From a virus: a stretch of 64,000 nucleotides of DNA. The stretch is taken from the IMG/VR virus record IMGVR_UViG_3300042691_016949, positions 6,227 through 70,226 of that record; one strand, written 5' to 3'. The position numbers and the translations under genes were made by a program. Of this stretch, positions 17,821-27,821 are shown in pieces (positions within the stretch are counted from its first letter, which is position 1; the number at the start of each line of letters is the position of its first letter). The notes below the pieces were generated by a model. The model was not told where the DNA came from, searched no databases, and saw nothing but the letters and a program-made list of their open reading frames with translations.

Positions 17821-18109
17821 GCCCGTCGAGATGGGCGAATGGGGTGGCGGACTTCAAGGTGCGCTTGAGGTACCGCCTCAGCTCCGGGAGATCCCCGTAG
17901 CTGTACCCACACCCCCACAGGAAATCGTCCACGTCCCTGACCTTCATGGAGGCCCAGGAATCCAACCTCCCCCAGCGCACCACCTCCCCAAGCTTCCGTC
18001 CACACCGCACCGCGATCTGCTTGTCGGTGAGGGTGGAGCGACGATTCCGGGCAGCCATACGTACAAGGCAAGGAGGGAACTCGGACAGTAGTTGTGTCAG
18101 GGTCTTCAT
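17720..18109 (-). CDS. Hypothetical protein, possible HTH
   Basis: LTDKQIAVRCG..VVRW; ATGA-coupled to the upstream gene; overlaps the giant gene 3' end by about 100 nt. Confidence 0.5.
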   Translation of the reverse strand: MKTLTQLLSEFPPCLVRMAARNRRSTLTDKQIAVRCGRKLGEVVRWGRLDSWASMKVRDVDDFLWGCGYSYGDLPELRRYLKRTLKSATPFAHLDGLKPSTVSSIARACERAGASMNGSAVLPASSSAG

Positions 18110-18465
18110 GATCCACGCAACGCAATCCCAAGCCACCTGCGGATTTCTTGGTCGGTTACAATCCCGTATCCCCTCAGCGTATGTCCTGGCACAAGACGCC
18201 CGGACATGATGGCGTCTTTGGCTTCTTCACGCGAATAGACCCCAACAGTGTTTAGGGCGAGGACCGCCCTCGCACTTAAACCGTCACCCCAATACTTATC
18301 CTCGGAAGGCAGCGAATCGTATTCGAGTCTAACGAGATACCGCTTGAGAAGAATTTTAACTTGATCAACCTTTATTCCCATCTGCGTTGCTATTTCATCG
18401 TTGCTGAGTCCTCTATCTTTTAGATTCCCAGCAACCATGAATCTTTTTGTTGTAATACTTTTCAT
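18106..18465 (-). CDS. HTH plus RNA polymerase alpha-CTD-like protein
   Basis: GLSNDEIATQMGI (HTH); GLSARAVLALNTVGV...LRGYG..TDQEI resembles the alpha-CTD LSVR..N.L...GI..N.G.KS..EI pattern; AT-rich gene. Confidence 0.55.
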   Translation of the reverse strand: MKSITTKRFMVAGNLKDRGLSNDEIATQMGIKVDQVKILLKRYLVRLEYDSLPSEDKYWGDGLSARAVLALNTVGVYSREEAKDAIMSGRLVPGHTLRGYGIVTDQEIRRWLGIALRGS

Positions 18466-18478
18466 AATTGAATTTTTA

Positions 18479-20051
18479 TCAATTTTCTCCTGGACAGTTT
18501 GGGTGGTGGTACCCCTTCAACCCACAGTCCTCGCAGGTTGTCTGGTGCTTGAGCGGTTGGCCGGTGGCCCAGTCCTCTTGGTGAAGCGACTCCCAGCGGT
18601 CGATGCAGCCTCGGCACCACTGGTCATCCCCCTCGTCCCAGATGAGCTGGTTGTCCGGGAATGATTGGCCGCAACTGAAACACTGGGATTCGGCTTCACT
18701 CATGTCGATTCAGGAGCCGGATTTCAACAGGTTGCCCACCGACTTGTCGATCCGCTGGGCACGTCTCTCGGCGGCCTTCTTGCGCTTGTACTCCCGGTTG
18801 CGCTGGAGCTTCCGTTGGTTCATCGCCTCCCAAGCATCAGGGTTCGACCAGGCTTCAATGAACCCGTCTCCGGCCGCGTTCTTGTTGTACTGGATGAACC
18901 TCATCCCGTCAGCCCGGACATCACCGTAGGTGTGGAGTTTCATTGGGTGTCCTTGGCTTTGAGTTCGCCCCTTGCGATGTCCACGGCCTCTTGCAGCGCC
19001 TCCTTGTTTCCGGCAATCGGCGTAAGACCGACAACAAGCGTGAGCGTGTCCAGTGCCTCCTCCAACCTCCTGACCCGCTCCTGGAGCTTGGCGTTCTCCT
19101 CCTGCAACTTGAGGGCCTCGGCTTGAGCGGCGGTGAGTTCGCGCTCTAGTCGGCGGGCGAATCCATATCCGCGATACACATCGTCAGCGTCAAAATAGGA
19201 GTGAATTCCAATGAACGCATCACACTCCTCCGCATCCGTCCTTGGCGTGTCGCTCACTTCGCACCTCCTTCCACAGAAATCTCACGCACTTTGTAAGATC
19301 CGTACTCGCTAGCGTCTGGTGACGGCTCTTCAAGGTTGGCAAGATACGCCTCAAAACTAGCATCATCAGCAGTCATCAGTGTTGCTGATCCATACAAAGA
19401 CTCTTTCCATCCAAAGGCTTCCTTGCCTTTCTCGGTTGGTACAAACCACACCTGAAAACGTTTCTCACTCATTCTCCACCCTCCATCACGCCGCACGGGT
19501 GCCACGTCTTCCCGCCGTCGAGGGAGTGTTCAAAATCACTGAGACAGTCATCAAAATCAACAGGACCTAACGCTGTGTTTGAAGTGAATAGCGTGGCAAC
19601 GTTCCACCCAACAATCATCCAGCGATGTTCAGTTGAATACTTTTTGCTCCGAATCAGCGCCCCCACCGGCACCTCCTCCGGCTTCCACGGCCGCAAGCGG
19701 GGCGTCGGGGCGGGGCGCCAAAACATTTCTTCGGAAGCGAATGCCGGAGACTTTTTATCAAAAAGTTTCCATCCATTGTTGTTGTAGTTAAACTGAATTG
19801 GCTTATTATCCGCAAATGCCTGAACGGCTCCGGACTTGATGGCGTCGGCTATCGCCTGCTGCGACGTGCGTGTTGCGTTGCTCATGTTAGTGTATTCTTG
19901 CGTTTGCGAAAAAGCTGCTCAATGCGTCATAGCTTTCCTGAGCCTCCTTTGTCATTGGAAGTGTTTCGCTTCCGTCCTCATTTCTCCCATCTGGGAGAAG
20001 TCCATCGGACATGCACTCTTCATCTGGATATGATGTCTCGTTTGTGATCAT
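18479..20051 (-). other. Cluster of small hypothetical genes (18479-18703, 18710-18943, 18940-19257, 19254-19472, 19469-19885, 19887-20051)
   Basis: Tandem, often stop/start-coupled short ORFs; MSDTPRTD-type N-terminus common in phage accessory genes. Confidence 0.55.
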
Positions 20052-20195
20052 GGTAACGTTGCGTTTGAACTCTAAACTGCTGCGGTTTATTGAACAGCGA
20101 GTGCTGTTATCGACGAGGAGAGCCTACTGGATTCTATCGACTCGTCAACACGGAACTTTCGCTTCCAGAGACGATTCCTCCAAACCTGTTGGACT

Positions 20196-20858
20196 TCAGT
20201 TGGGTAGGAGCATCACGTCGTAGGGCGAATGGTAGGGCCAGTGGGGAGCCACCGCTTCCCATGAGCAGGCCACCACCTCCCCGTCCATCGACTCGATCCG
20301 GTAGTTCAGGGTCTCCGTGATGAACCGGACGAACTCCTCCGGGGACTGGCCGAGCTTATTGATGTAGCAGTTGAACTCGCAGAGGATGGGAGGACGGTAG
20401 GTCTGGATGGTCCTGACCCCTCCGCGCAGGGCCTTGAACTCGTACCCGTCCACATCCAGCTTGATGAAACCGGGGACGATCATCAGTTGATCGCACTCAT
20501 GGTCGATGGTGCTGGTGATGACGTTGAATGGCGGCTTCCCAACGTACTCCGCAGCCCTTTCCAACCCAGATCCGTCAGGAACAAGGGTCCAACAGGACTG
20601 CACGTTGACGTTCGATATGACTCCACGTTCATCCGAGATGGCCACCCTGCGGACAGTCAGGCCATGTCGGCCCTTGAGCCGCTCCTCCATCTTTTGCCTT
20701 ACGTCATTCACCGGCTCGTAGGCCCACACCTCAAACCCAGCGTCCAGCATCTGGGCCGCGTAGCCTCCCGTGTTGGCACCGATGTCCATGGCGATCTTGT
20801 TCTTGGTCTCCTTGAGGACCTTGTCCCATAGGATCCTGGATTCGACGTGGAGGTTCAT
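20196..20858 (-). CDS. FkbM-family methyltransferase
   Basis: MDIGANTG, AYEP, FIKLDVDGYE, ILCE. Confidence 0.9.
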   Translation of the reverse strand: MNLHVESRILWDKVLKETKNKIAMDIGANTGGYAAQMLDAGFEVWAYEPVNDVRQKMEERLKGRHGLTVRRVAISDERGVISNVNVQSCWTLVPDGSGLERAAEYVGKPPFNVITSTIDHECDQLMIVPGFIKLDVDGYEFKALRGGVRTIQTYRPPILCEFNCYINKLGQSPEEFVRFITETLNYRIESMDGEVVACSWEAVAPHWPYHSPYDVMLLPN

Positions 20859-21556
20859 TCAATGACCTCCATGCGCTTGGCGATGTCCCGGGTCAGCTCA
20901 AGGTCCTTGAGCAGGTAGTCGAGCGCAGCCTTCTGGTCCTTCTTGTAGGTCTCGTGGAAGTGGGCGCCGTCGCCGGTCTTCCCGCCCAGCCCGAATGCCT
21001 TGGCCACCGCATCCAGGTTGTAGCCGGCGAAGTCACGGCCCATGACCAGTTCAGGCAGGAGGTCCCGGAACTTCTCCGCCCAGTACGCCCGCCCGGTGTA
21101 GCGGGTCCAGAACTGCGTGGGAATCTTGTGGACCATCGCCCGGAAGCGCAGGAATGGTAGGTCGAACCCGTGGATGTTGAAGCCGATGCAGCTCACCCGG
21201 TCCACCATCAGCGGGGTGATGAACTCCACCGCCTCCCGGACCACCCGTTCCTCGTCCTCGCCGTGGATCAACAAGGGGTCGCCATGCGATTGCAGGATCC
21301 CCACCGCCACCACCTTCCCGGTCATGGGAGACAGGGCCGCTTGGGAAAGGTACCGGGCCTTCTTGGCCTCGATGTCCGCCTTGATCTTCTCGGGGTCACG
21401 GAGGTTGGCCGCCGGGGTGAACTCGGGCATCTGGGCCTTCAGGACCTCCTCGTCCTGTGAGCCGGTCTCGATGTCGAAGATGATCCAGCGGTCCGAGGCT
21501 CGGAGGCGCTGGGGTTGCGTTGGTTCGATGTCGTTGAGTGGGTCGTTGATGGTCAT
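20855..21556 (-). CDS. DEDD 3'-5' exonuclease (PolB-exo/RNase H-like)
   Basis: FDIET, GFNIHGFDLPFL, YLLKD. Confidence 0.85.
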   Translation of the reverse strand: MTINDPLNDIEPTQPQRLRASDRWIIFDIETGSQDEEVLKAQMPEFTPAANLRDPEKIKADIEAKKARYLSQAALSPMTGKVVAVGILQSHGDPLLIHGEDEERVVREAVEFITPLMVDRVSCIGFNIHGFDLPFLRFRAMVHKIPTQFWTRYTGRAYWAEKFRDLLPELVMGRDFAGYNLDAVAKAFGLGGKTGDGAHFHETYKKDQKAALDYLLKDLELTRDIAKRMEVIE

Positions 21557-21605
21557 TGATTGGAAAGTGCGCGTATCAACGTCGCGCCCCGGTGGGAACC
21601 TCAAC

Positions 21606-21920
21606 TCACTTCACCCGCCAGACGCCGAACAGCAGCTTGCCGCTGGGAGCGACCTGCTGGGTGCCGTCTTCGAGGTACAGGCCGCGGACCGCGAACTTGG
21701 CGCCGGGGACGAACTTGGCTCCACGGGTTCCGATGGCGGACGCGCCGGCCCGGGTCTTCGCCTCGATGGTGAAGTACGGACAGTTGTCACCACTGGAGAC
21801 GGCGAGGTCCTTGAACGGGTACTTCGTGGAACCTGCGGGACGGCCTCCCCCAGTGGGGGCGGTGCGCTTGCGCGGCGGGATGGAGGTGGCGGTGAGGATG
21901 GGGATGGTAGTGCTGCTCAT
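21606..21920 (-). CDS. Small basic putative DNA-binding protein
   Basis: GRP..KYPFKDL..VWR pattern. Confidence 0.5.
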   Translation of the reverse strand: MSSTTIPILTATSIPPRKRTAPTGGGRPAGSTKYPFKDLAVSSGDNCPYFTIEAKTRAGASAIGTRGAKFVPGAKFAVRGLYLEDGTQQVAPSGKLLFGVWRVK

Positions 21921-21959
21921 ACTGATGGATTGACTGACTGGTTGAAGGTTGTGGTTGAA

Positions 21960-22586
21960 TCAGAAGTCCTCCGGGGAGACATCGCTCCCGGAATCCTGCT
22001 GGGACTGGTTGGTGCGGGCGCGGAGGTTCTTGTACTCCTCCGAGTCGGCGACCTTCTTCTTGACCCACTCCGGGATGTCCACCTGCTCCAGCTCCGAGGC
22101 GTCGTCGAGGCTGGTCACGGACCAGGTCGTGGGCTCGGTCTTGGGCGTCATCTTGGAACCCTTGGGAGCCGGGAGAACGGTGCTGATGTTGGCGTAGGTC
22201 TTCCCGTTCTTGGAGTCGTGGACCACGTTGAGCTGGGCAGAATGGCCCAGGATCTTGGAGATGTCGTAGGAGTTGGCTTCCTCCTCGGTGAACTTCTTGC
22301 CACGCCAGCCTTCCAGAAGGGGCCGAAGCATCCCCTTGGGGTGCATCGAGGCAGTGACGGTGGTGGACAGGGTGCGCGGGACGACGGTGCCGTCCTCAAG
22401 TGTCCTCGGCTCGGCAGCCGGAAGCTCGAACTCAATGACGTACTTGCGCTTCTTCTTGTTGAAGACCTGATCGACGTGGGTGCCGATGTCGTACAGTCCG
22501 ACGCAGACGCCGGGGTGGATTCCAGGTTCAACAGGCGGGGCGCTGGCAGTCTGCCCGGGAACGAACGGATTCGGTTTCTCACTCAT
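21960..22586 (-). CDS. Putative phage ssDNA-binding/replication protein
   Basis: PGIHPGVCVGLYDIGT, FEL, LRPLLEGWRG, YANI; acidic C-terminus ending in F (DVSPEDF). Confidence 0.6.
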   Translation of the reverse strand: MSEKPNPFVPGQTASAPPVEPGIHPGVCVGLYDIGTHVDQVFNKKKRKYVIEFELPAAEPRTLEDGTVVPRTLSTTVTASMHPKGMLRPLLEGWRGKKFTEEEANSYDISKILGHSAQLNVVHDSKNGKTYANISTVLPAPKGSKMTPKTEPTTWSVTSLDDASELEQVDIPEWVKKKVADSEEYKNLRARTNQSQQDSGSDVSPEDF

Positions 22587-22656
22587 GTTGTAGTAGTCGC
22601 CTTTGAGGATCTGGACCGCATCGTGATTGCGCGGCCTCTGTCCTATTGGCAGGCGA

Positions 22657-22722
22657 AGAATGGAACTTCCGCATTGCTCCGTCAAGTCGGAACTTGACAA
22701 AGATTTCCCTCCATCCCACTCT
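22657..22722. promoter_or_regulatory. Back-to-back divergent promoters
   Basis: Minus strand TTGACG(22685-22680)-N17-CATTCT; plus strand TTGACA(22694-22699)-N17-CACTCT. Confidence 0.6.
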
Positions 22723-22732
22723 GGTTCCGCCG

Positions 22733-23026
22733 ATGCGAAACAAGTTGGACAGCAAATTCATGGAAGGACAGGACTGGTCCAAGCAGGACGCCGTCCTTGC
22801 CCGGGAACTCAAGGTGTCCCCGACAACCGTGTGGCGGTGGCGCAGGATGCTCCACAAGCCCAAGCCTCCCACCTACCGTGCCCATCCGCAGGCTTCGCTG
22901 TACCGCACCCGGAAGGCGTGGAACTGGAGCCTGTCCAACATCGAGCTGGCCCGCATCCACAACATCAGCCGGGAGCGTGTGAGGCAGATCCGCAAGACTA
23001 TGGCGAGCCGGAGGAACGCGAAGTGA
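22733..23026 (+). CDS. Double-HTH DNA-binding protein
   Basis: LARELKVSPTTVWRWR and LARIHNISRERVRQIR. Confidence 0.75.
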   Translation: MRNKLDSKFMEGQDWSKQDAVLARELKVSPTTVWRWRRMLHKPKPPTYRAHPQASLYRTRKAWNWSLSNIELARIHNISRERVRQIRKTMASRRNAK

Positions 23027-23439
23027 CCCCAACCGACATCTTCCACCACCGCCCCGACATCCTCCAGAATCAGGAGATGTACGAGGGGCTAATGCAGCTC
23101 CAGCTCCTTCTGGCCCACCACAAGGCCGGGGAAACCAACCTCGACCCGGTGGCAAGGAGGTTTCCCGTGGATCCGGCCATCATCGAGGAGGTGGTCATGG
23201 AATCCTTCAGTTCCCCGAGCGAGGAGGAGCTGGACATCCTGTGTGCCTCGGGCGCCCAGTTCATGTTCCAGAACCAGAAGGGTGGGAAGACCGTCCGCCA
23301 TTCGTTCAAGGGATGGAAGAAGGTGGTCCGCACCCGCCTCAAGAAGGCCATCACCTACTGCTTCCCCACCCCCGCGCAGTGGCTTTCCATCACCACCGCC
23401 GGGATCAACCTCATGCCGTCCCTCGACCTTTCCAAATGA
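23023..23439 (+). CDS. Hypothetical protein
   Basis: GTG start overlaps the upstream stop; typical codon usage. Confidence 0.55.
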   Translation: MTPTDIFHHRPDILQNQEMYEGLMQLQLLLAHHKAGETNLDPVARRFPVDPAIIEEVVMESFSSPSEEELDILCASGAQFMFQNQKGGKTVRHSFKGWKKVVRTRLKKAITYCFPTPAQWLSITTAGINLMPSLDLSK

Positions 23440-24053
23440 GCCTCCATCCATTGATCGCGCTGACCGGCTATTCACGTTCCGGAAAGGACACCGCGGCCGA
23501 CGCCCTCGTGGGAGTGGGCTACCAGCGGAAAGCCTTCGGGGACATCATCAAGTCGATGGTGGACGAGGCCGACTACAAGGTGTTCGGGAACTTCCACGAC
23601 TGGCTGATCGAGACCGGGCGCCCGCAGCCGAGGATCAGCGCCATCGCCTACGGCTGGAGCCTCGTCAAGATGTGCGGGGTGAGCCCCTACACCCAGGAGG
23701 ACGACACCAAGATCCACCTCCGCCCGGTCTTGGAGGACTACGGCATCTGGAAGTACAATCAGGTGACAGAGCGGTTCTTCTCCACGTTGCCCAAGCTCTG
23801 CGTGAACTCCAGGCTGTGCCGTGCGGCAGAGGGGAAGCGTTGGAGGGACGAGGGCGGGATCCTCATCGAGATCGTGCGCCCCGGCAACAAGGCCCACACC
23901 GAGGTGGAGGCCGGATGGATGGTGGAGTTGACCGAGGCTGGACTGATCGACGTGGTGCTCTACAACGACGGCACCCCGACCCAGCTACAGGAAGCCATCA
24001 AGAAGGTGGCCGCGGGTCAGTTGGGTGGGGTGGTCAGGGCTGGGTCGCTCTGA
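23436..24053 (+). CDS. Deoxynucleoside monophosphate kinase-like P-loop protein
   Basis: IALTGYSRSGKDTAA, AFGDIIK, IEIVRPG, NDGT. Confidence 0.8.
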   Translation: MSLHPLIALTGYSRSGKDTAADALVGVGYQRKAFGDIIKSMVDEADYKVFGNFHDWLIETGRPQPRISAIAYGWSLVKMCGVSPYTQEDDTKIHLRPVLEDYGIWKYNQVTERFFSTLPKLCVNSRLCRAAEGKRWRDEGGILIEIVRPGNKAHTEVEAGWMVELTEAGLIDVVLYNDGTPTQLQEAIKKVAAGQLGGVVRAGSL

Positions 24054-24289
24054 CAGCACTCACACCAACCTTCTTCAAGCCGGACCGCTTCCCTGATCGA
24101 CAGGGAACTTGCGGTCGTCTCCCGCACAAGGAGGTTCCACGTCGAGCAGGCCAGTGAGTCCTCCTTCAGCGGCTCGCAGTCTCCGGAGGAGATGGAGTGC
24201 AGCGATTCGGTCGGGTGTGATGGGTCCATGGTTGGCGACGGATTGGAGCCACGAAGCGACGATGCTCCCGGGATAGTTGTCCATTGTGC

Positions 24290-24529
24290 TCACTTCTTGT
24301 GGTAGAAGAAAGTCTTCCTCAAGTAGCCGTGGGAGGCAACCACGTTGAACATCCGACGCTCCAGCTTCCCTTGCTTGAACAGCTTCAGGAGCTTGTACTG
24401 GACGGCCCGCTCCGTGACGCCCAGTTCCTTGGCCACCATATCGCAGGAGAACCAGCCCTTGGGGACTTTTTCCTCCTTCTCGCTGGCGAGTTCCTTGGCC
24501 AACAGTTCCGTCCAATGGGGGCGTTTCAT
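24290..24529 (-). CDS. Winged-helix protein
   Basis: VAKELGVTERAVQYKL...GKLE. Confidence 0.65.
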   Translation of the reverse strand: MKRPHWTELLAKELASEKEEKVPKGWFSCDMVAKELGVTERAVQYKLLKLFKQGKLERRMFNVVASHGYLRKTFFYHKK

Positions 24530-25287
24530 TTCAGGATGTCGATGCTCCAGATTCCGTCGATTTCCTCGGCCTGCCTCGTGAAGAAGGTGCCGGTCTTGAG
24601 ATTGATCGCCCCGTACATCCATCCGTGGGCTTGGCGGAGCGTTCCGGGGTTGCGGCTGTTGTAGTCCTGATCGAGAAGCGCAAGGCAACCTCCAGACCTC
24701 GCTACCCTGCGTTCCAGTCCGGGCACGGGAGCCAAGTCGATGGCGTGGGTGTGGCCGTAGTGGAGTGAGCCGTAGGTGATGGCGTGCTGCCTTGCCGCGT
24801 TGACCCCGCAGTAGTAGCCGTGGGCGAACTTGGCGTGGCCGATCTCCAGGATCCCGAGGCGCTTGTGGTAGGGGAGGGCCTTGATGCCCAGCTTCTTGAC
24901 CCTGGACTCGATGTCGTGGAGTCCGTCGAGGGCAAGCTGCTGGAGGAGGCCGTCCTGCTTGCTGGTCTCGGCGAGGTGGAGCAGCCGGCAGATGTCGTGG
25001 TTGCCCCAGAGAAGGTGCTTCTGTTCGCACTTGGCGCTGAACATCCGATCCAGGAACCGGAGGCCGGTCTCCATGTCGTGACGGATCGGTTTCGCACGGT
25101 CGTCGGCGCTGGCCCCTTTCCGTAGGGCGGCGAAGTTGAAGACATCCCCACCGAAGATCCTGATGGGCGGCTTGAGGTCGTCGCAGAAGCGGTGGAAACG
25201 CTCCACGGTAGGCTCATGGCACTCGTCACCGTGGAGGTCTGAAGAAAATACCCATTCCTTCCACTGGCCGGTAATTGAGAAAGCCAT
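24526..25287 (-). CDS. Calcineurin-like metallophosphoesterase
   Basis: SDLH, GGDVFN, WGNHD, AHG, YGHTH. Confidence 0.9.
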   Translation of the reverse strand: MAFSITGQWKEWVFSSDLHGDECHEPTVERFHRFCDDLKPPIRIFGGDVFNFAALRKGASADDRAKPIRHDMETGLRFLDRMFSAKCEQKHLLWGNHDICRLLHLAETSKQDGLLQQLALDGLHDIESRVKKLGIKALPYHKRLGILEIGHAKFAHGYYCGVNAARQHAITYGSLHYGHTHAIDLAPVPGLERRVARSGGCLALLDQDYNSRNPGTLRQAHGWMYGAINLKTGTFFTRQAEEIDGIWSIDILK

Positions 25288-25331
25288 GTTGGCTGGACCT
25301 TATTCTCAACCACCGGCCGATTGCAAGCCTC

Positions 25332-26402
25332 TCAAGACTTGCCGACGCACTGGGCGAAGGCGTGGGCGGGCCATTGCCTGCCGGGTTCCCGCACCACGAT
25401 GGGCCTTGCCCTGTCGTTGGACGCGAACACCGCCACCTTCTCACCCTTGAGCCCACCGATTCCCCGGAGCACCTGATTGGCGGCCATCCAGATGTCGATG
25501 TCGGCTCCCTCCTTGTCCTGCTCACCGTCCACTGAAGCCTCGTAGGACGATTCAGACGTGGTCTTCCTGATGCCCAACTTGGTCCTGTTGACGACGAGGT
25601 TGACCACGGAGTCCAAGAGGCTCATGGATGAGCAGGCCCCCACCGCGCCCTTGAGGATCTCCGCGAACCGTTCCCGGTCCACGGTGGTACAAAGGGGCGT
25701 GGAGAGCAGGTTGTTGGCTGCGGCCAGCGGAAGGGTCTTCCGGTCCTGGTACAGGGCATGGTAGGCGGTGAACGGTCCTTCACGGAACCCGATCCTGCGC
25801 TCGGTGGCCACCAGTTGGAACGGCCCCTCGGAGGCCGTGATGACCCCCACCATCGTGTCCGGGATGAAGATCGTACACAGGAGGGTGTTTTCGCAATCGA
25901 CGCGGGCGCACGAGAACGCCACCCCTGCCGAGGAGATCAGGAACAGCCCGCCTTCCACAGGAGTCATCTGGAGATGGTCCTGGTCGATGCGCTTCCCGCC
26001 CCCTGCGGCCCACAGGGATGCCGCCTTCACGGCGTCCGCGATGTCCTGCCCACAGTCCCACCAGCCTTCGGTGATTCCCTCCGACATGGGGACGTTGTGG
26101 GGTTCGAGTGTGGAGGCCACGAACCGGGTTCCGTTGCAGGAGATCGTGACCTTGTTGCCTGATGGTACGATGGAGATGGTGGCGTCGGGTTTGCCCACAA
26201 GGAACTGGTCCAGCGCGGAGGCTGGCACCACCACCGAAGGCATGGCGATGTCCTCCCCGTAGTCGAAGGTGGCCTGTCCTTCCCCGTTGCCCACGGAGAT
26301 GGTGGAACCGTTGAACAGGTAGCCCGCCTGGAAGGTGGACCGCCGCATGAGTCGGGACAGCTTGGAGATCCCGTCGGCCAGCTTGCCTCGGTTGAAGTTC
26401 AT
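25332..26402 (-). CDS. Divergent DNA polymerase III beta sliding clamp homolog
   Basis: 356 aa with three alpha/beta repeats; MNFNRGKL.., VVVPA..L, VDRERF, RPIVVRE resemble DnaN. Confidence 0.65.
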   Translation of the reverse strand: MNFNRGKLADGISKLSRLMRRSTFQAGYLFNGSTISVGNGEGQATFDYGEDIAMPSVVVPASALDQFLVGKPDATISIVPSGNKVTISCNGTRFVASTLEPHNVPMSEGITEGWWDCGQDIADAVKAASLWAAGGGKRIDQDHLQMTPVEGGLFLISSAGVAFSCARVDCENTLLCTIFIPDTMVGVITASEGPFQLVATERRIGFREGPFTAYHALYQDRKTLPLAAANNLLSTPLCTTVDRERFAEILKGAVGACSSMSLLDSVVNLVVNRTKLGIRKTTSESSYEASVDGEQDKEGADIDIWMAANQVLRGIGGLKGEKVAVFASNDRARPIVVREPGRQWPAHAFAQCVGKS

Positions 26403-26644
26403 TCAGCGTCCTCCTGCTGGTCGTTGATGGCATCGCACCCATCCACCACTTCAAGCCGGACGCAGGGGTAGGCGTGGGTCTTGAAGGTGGCGAAGCTGCT
26501 GACGCGGGCCTCGAACAACGGGTGGGTGATACCGGCCCGTCCTTGAATGTCCACCACTACAATCCTGTCGGGGTCGTGGCGCTTGAGGATATCGATGAGT
26601 TCCCCAACGGTGGTGTACTTCTGCTTGGTGGTCGAGTTGGTCAT
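26399..26644 (-). CDS. Hypothetical protein
   Basis: TVGELIDILK..DPD-type small phage ORF. Confidence 0.55.
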   Translation of the reverse strand: MTNSTTKQKYTTVGELIDILKRHDPDRIVVVDIQGRAGITHPLFEARVSSFATFKTHAYPCVRLEVVDGCDAINDQQEDAE

Positions 26645-26648
26645 GGCA

Positions 26649-27266
26649 TCACTCCGGCCAGGTTCCACGCTCCACCTTCGCCCAGAATGCACGGGCGATC
26701 TGTTCATCCCCATTGGCGAGGCGCAGGTACTCAGCCTTCTTGGTGAGCGCCACCTCCCGGTTGTAGGCGGCTTGCCGCACCGACGAGAACCGCTCAAGGC
26801 ACTCGTCCCGGAGCTTGTTGAACTCGCCCATCTTCTCGTCCATGTACTCCTCGAACTTGGCGCCCTTCTCCACGGACTTCTGAACCCCCACCCACTTGAT
26901 GACGATCTCAGGAACTTCGCCTCCCTTGATCTTGGTGTGCGGAGTCGGGTACGAGCAGTCCTCGATGACCACCATGCCTTCCGTGGCCTTGTGGGCCAGA
27001 GCCTCGTCCAGCCAACCAAATTCACTGGAGCGGTAGCCCGCCTTCATGGCGAACACCTTGATCGCCTCGGCCGGCTTGGAGTAGCCGCGCCACTCGCTCC
27101 GGCGCAGGGCCTCCGGGAGCGTGATGGGAGGATTGATGCCGCGCATCACGGCCTCGATCCGGATGGAGTCGTTGAGCTGTTCGTTTGTGAGCTTGAGAAG
27201 CTCGGAGTCTGCGTAGTCGCAGAACCGCTTCACAGGTTGCGTTGTCGGATTGGTTTCAGTGGTCAT
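26649..27266 (-). CDS. Hypothetical protein
   Basis: 205-aa ORF downstream of promoter TTGACA(27321-27316)-N17-GACGCT. Confidence 0.65.
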   Translation of the reverse strand: MTTETNPTTQPVKRFCDYADSELLKLTNEQLNDSIRIEAVMRGINPPITLPEALRRSEWRGYSKPAEAIKVFAMKAGYRSSEFGWLDEALAHKATEGMVVIEDCSYPTPHTKIKGGEVPEIVIKWVGVQKSVEKGAKFEEYMDEKMGEFNKLRDECLERFSSVRQAAYNREVALTKKAEYLRLANGDEQIARAFWAKVERGTWPE

Positions 27267-27317
27267 GTTTTGTTGTCCTTTCTGCGCCCGCGAGCGTCAT
27301 GCCCACGGGAAATCTTG

Positions 27318-27680
27318 TCAAGTCGCAAGTTTCGCTTCCCACACACGTCTACCAACCCATCCAATCAGGTAGGCGTAGGCTTCCTCGGAAGACCTTGAGA
27401 ACCTGACACCTGCGTTGGATAGATGGTGGACGGCGCAATGGAAGGATTCGTGGGCCACGATGTCCACCATCTCGGACTGGGGATCGTTGCGTATCCAAAT
27501 GACGGAGGTGGAGTTGCCTTTGATGGTGGCCCCTGAGTGGTAGCCGGCGCATCCATCCAAGTCGGTCAGGCCCATCTTGAACTTCTTGTTGAACCGGGAG
27601 ATGGACTGCTTGCAGGAGCCTCCGATGATGACGTGGAGGTCGAAGCGGTACAGGTCATTGTGGAAGCTGTGGATTCTCAC
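27318..27680 (-). CDS. Small zincin-like (HExxH) protein
   Basis: IVAHESFH and EEAYAYL. Confidence 0.65.
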   Translation of the reverse strand: MRIHSFHNDLYRFDLHVIIGGSCKQSISRFNKKFKMGLTDLDGCAGYHSGATIKGNSTSVIWIRNDPQSEMVDIVAHESFHCAVHHLSNAGVRFSRSSEEAYAYLIGWVGRRVWEAKLAT

Positions 27681-27821
27681 GGATCAGTCGGATGAAGTTG
27701 ATGGCGGCGGCTTCAAGCAGGAACTCCTGCTCCATGGACAGCATGAGCACGTCGTTGTCCTTGAACTCGTTGTCCACGTAATCCACGAATCCCTTCGCGA
27801 GCACGAGTTCGTCTTGGGGTT

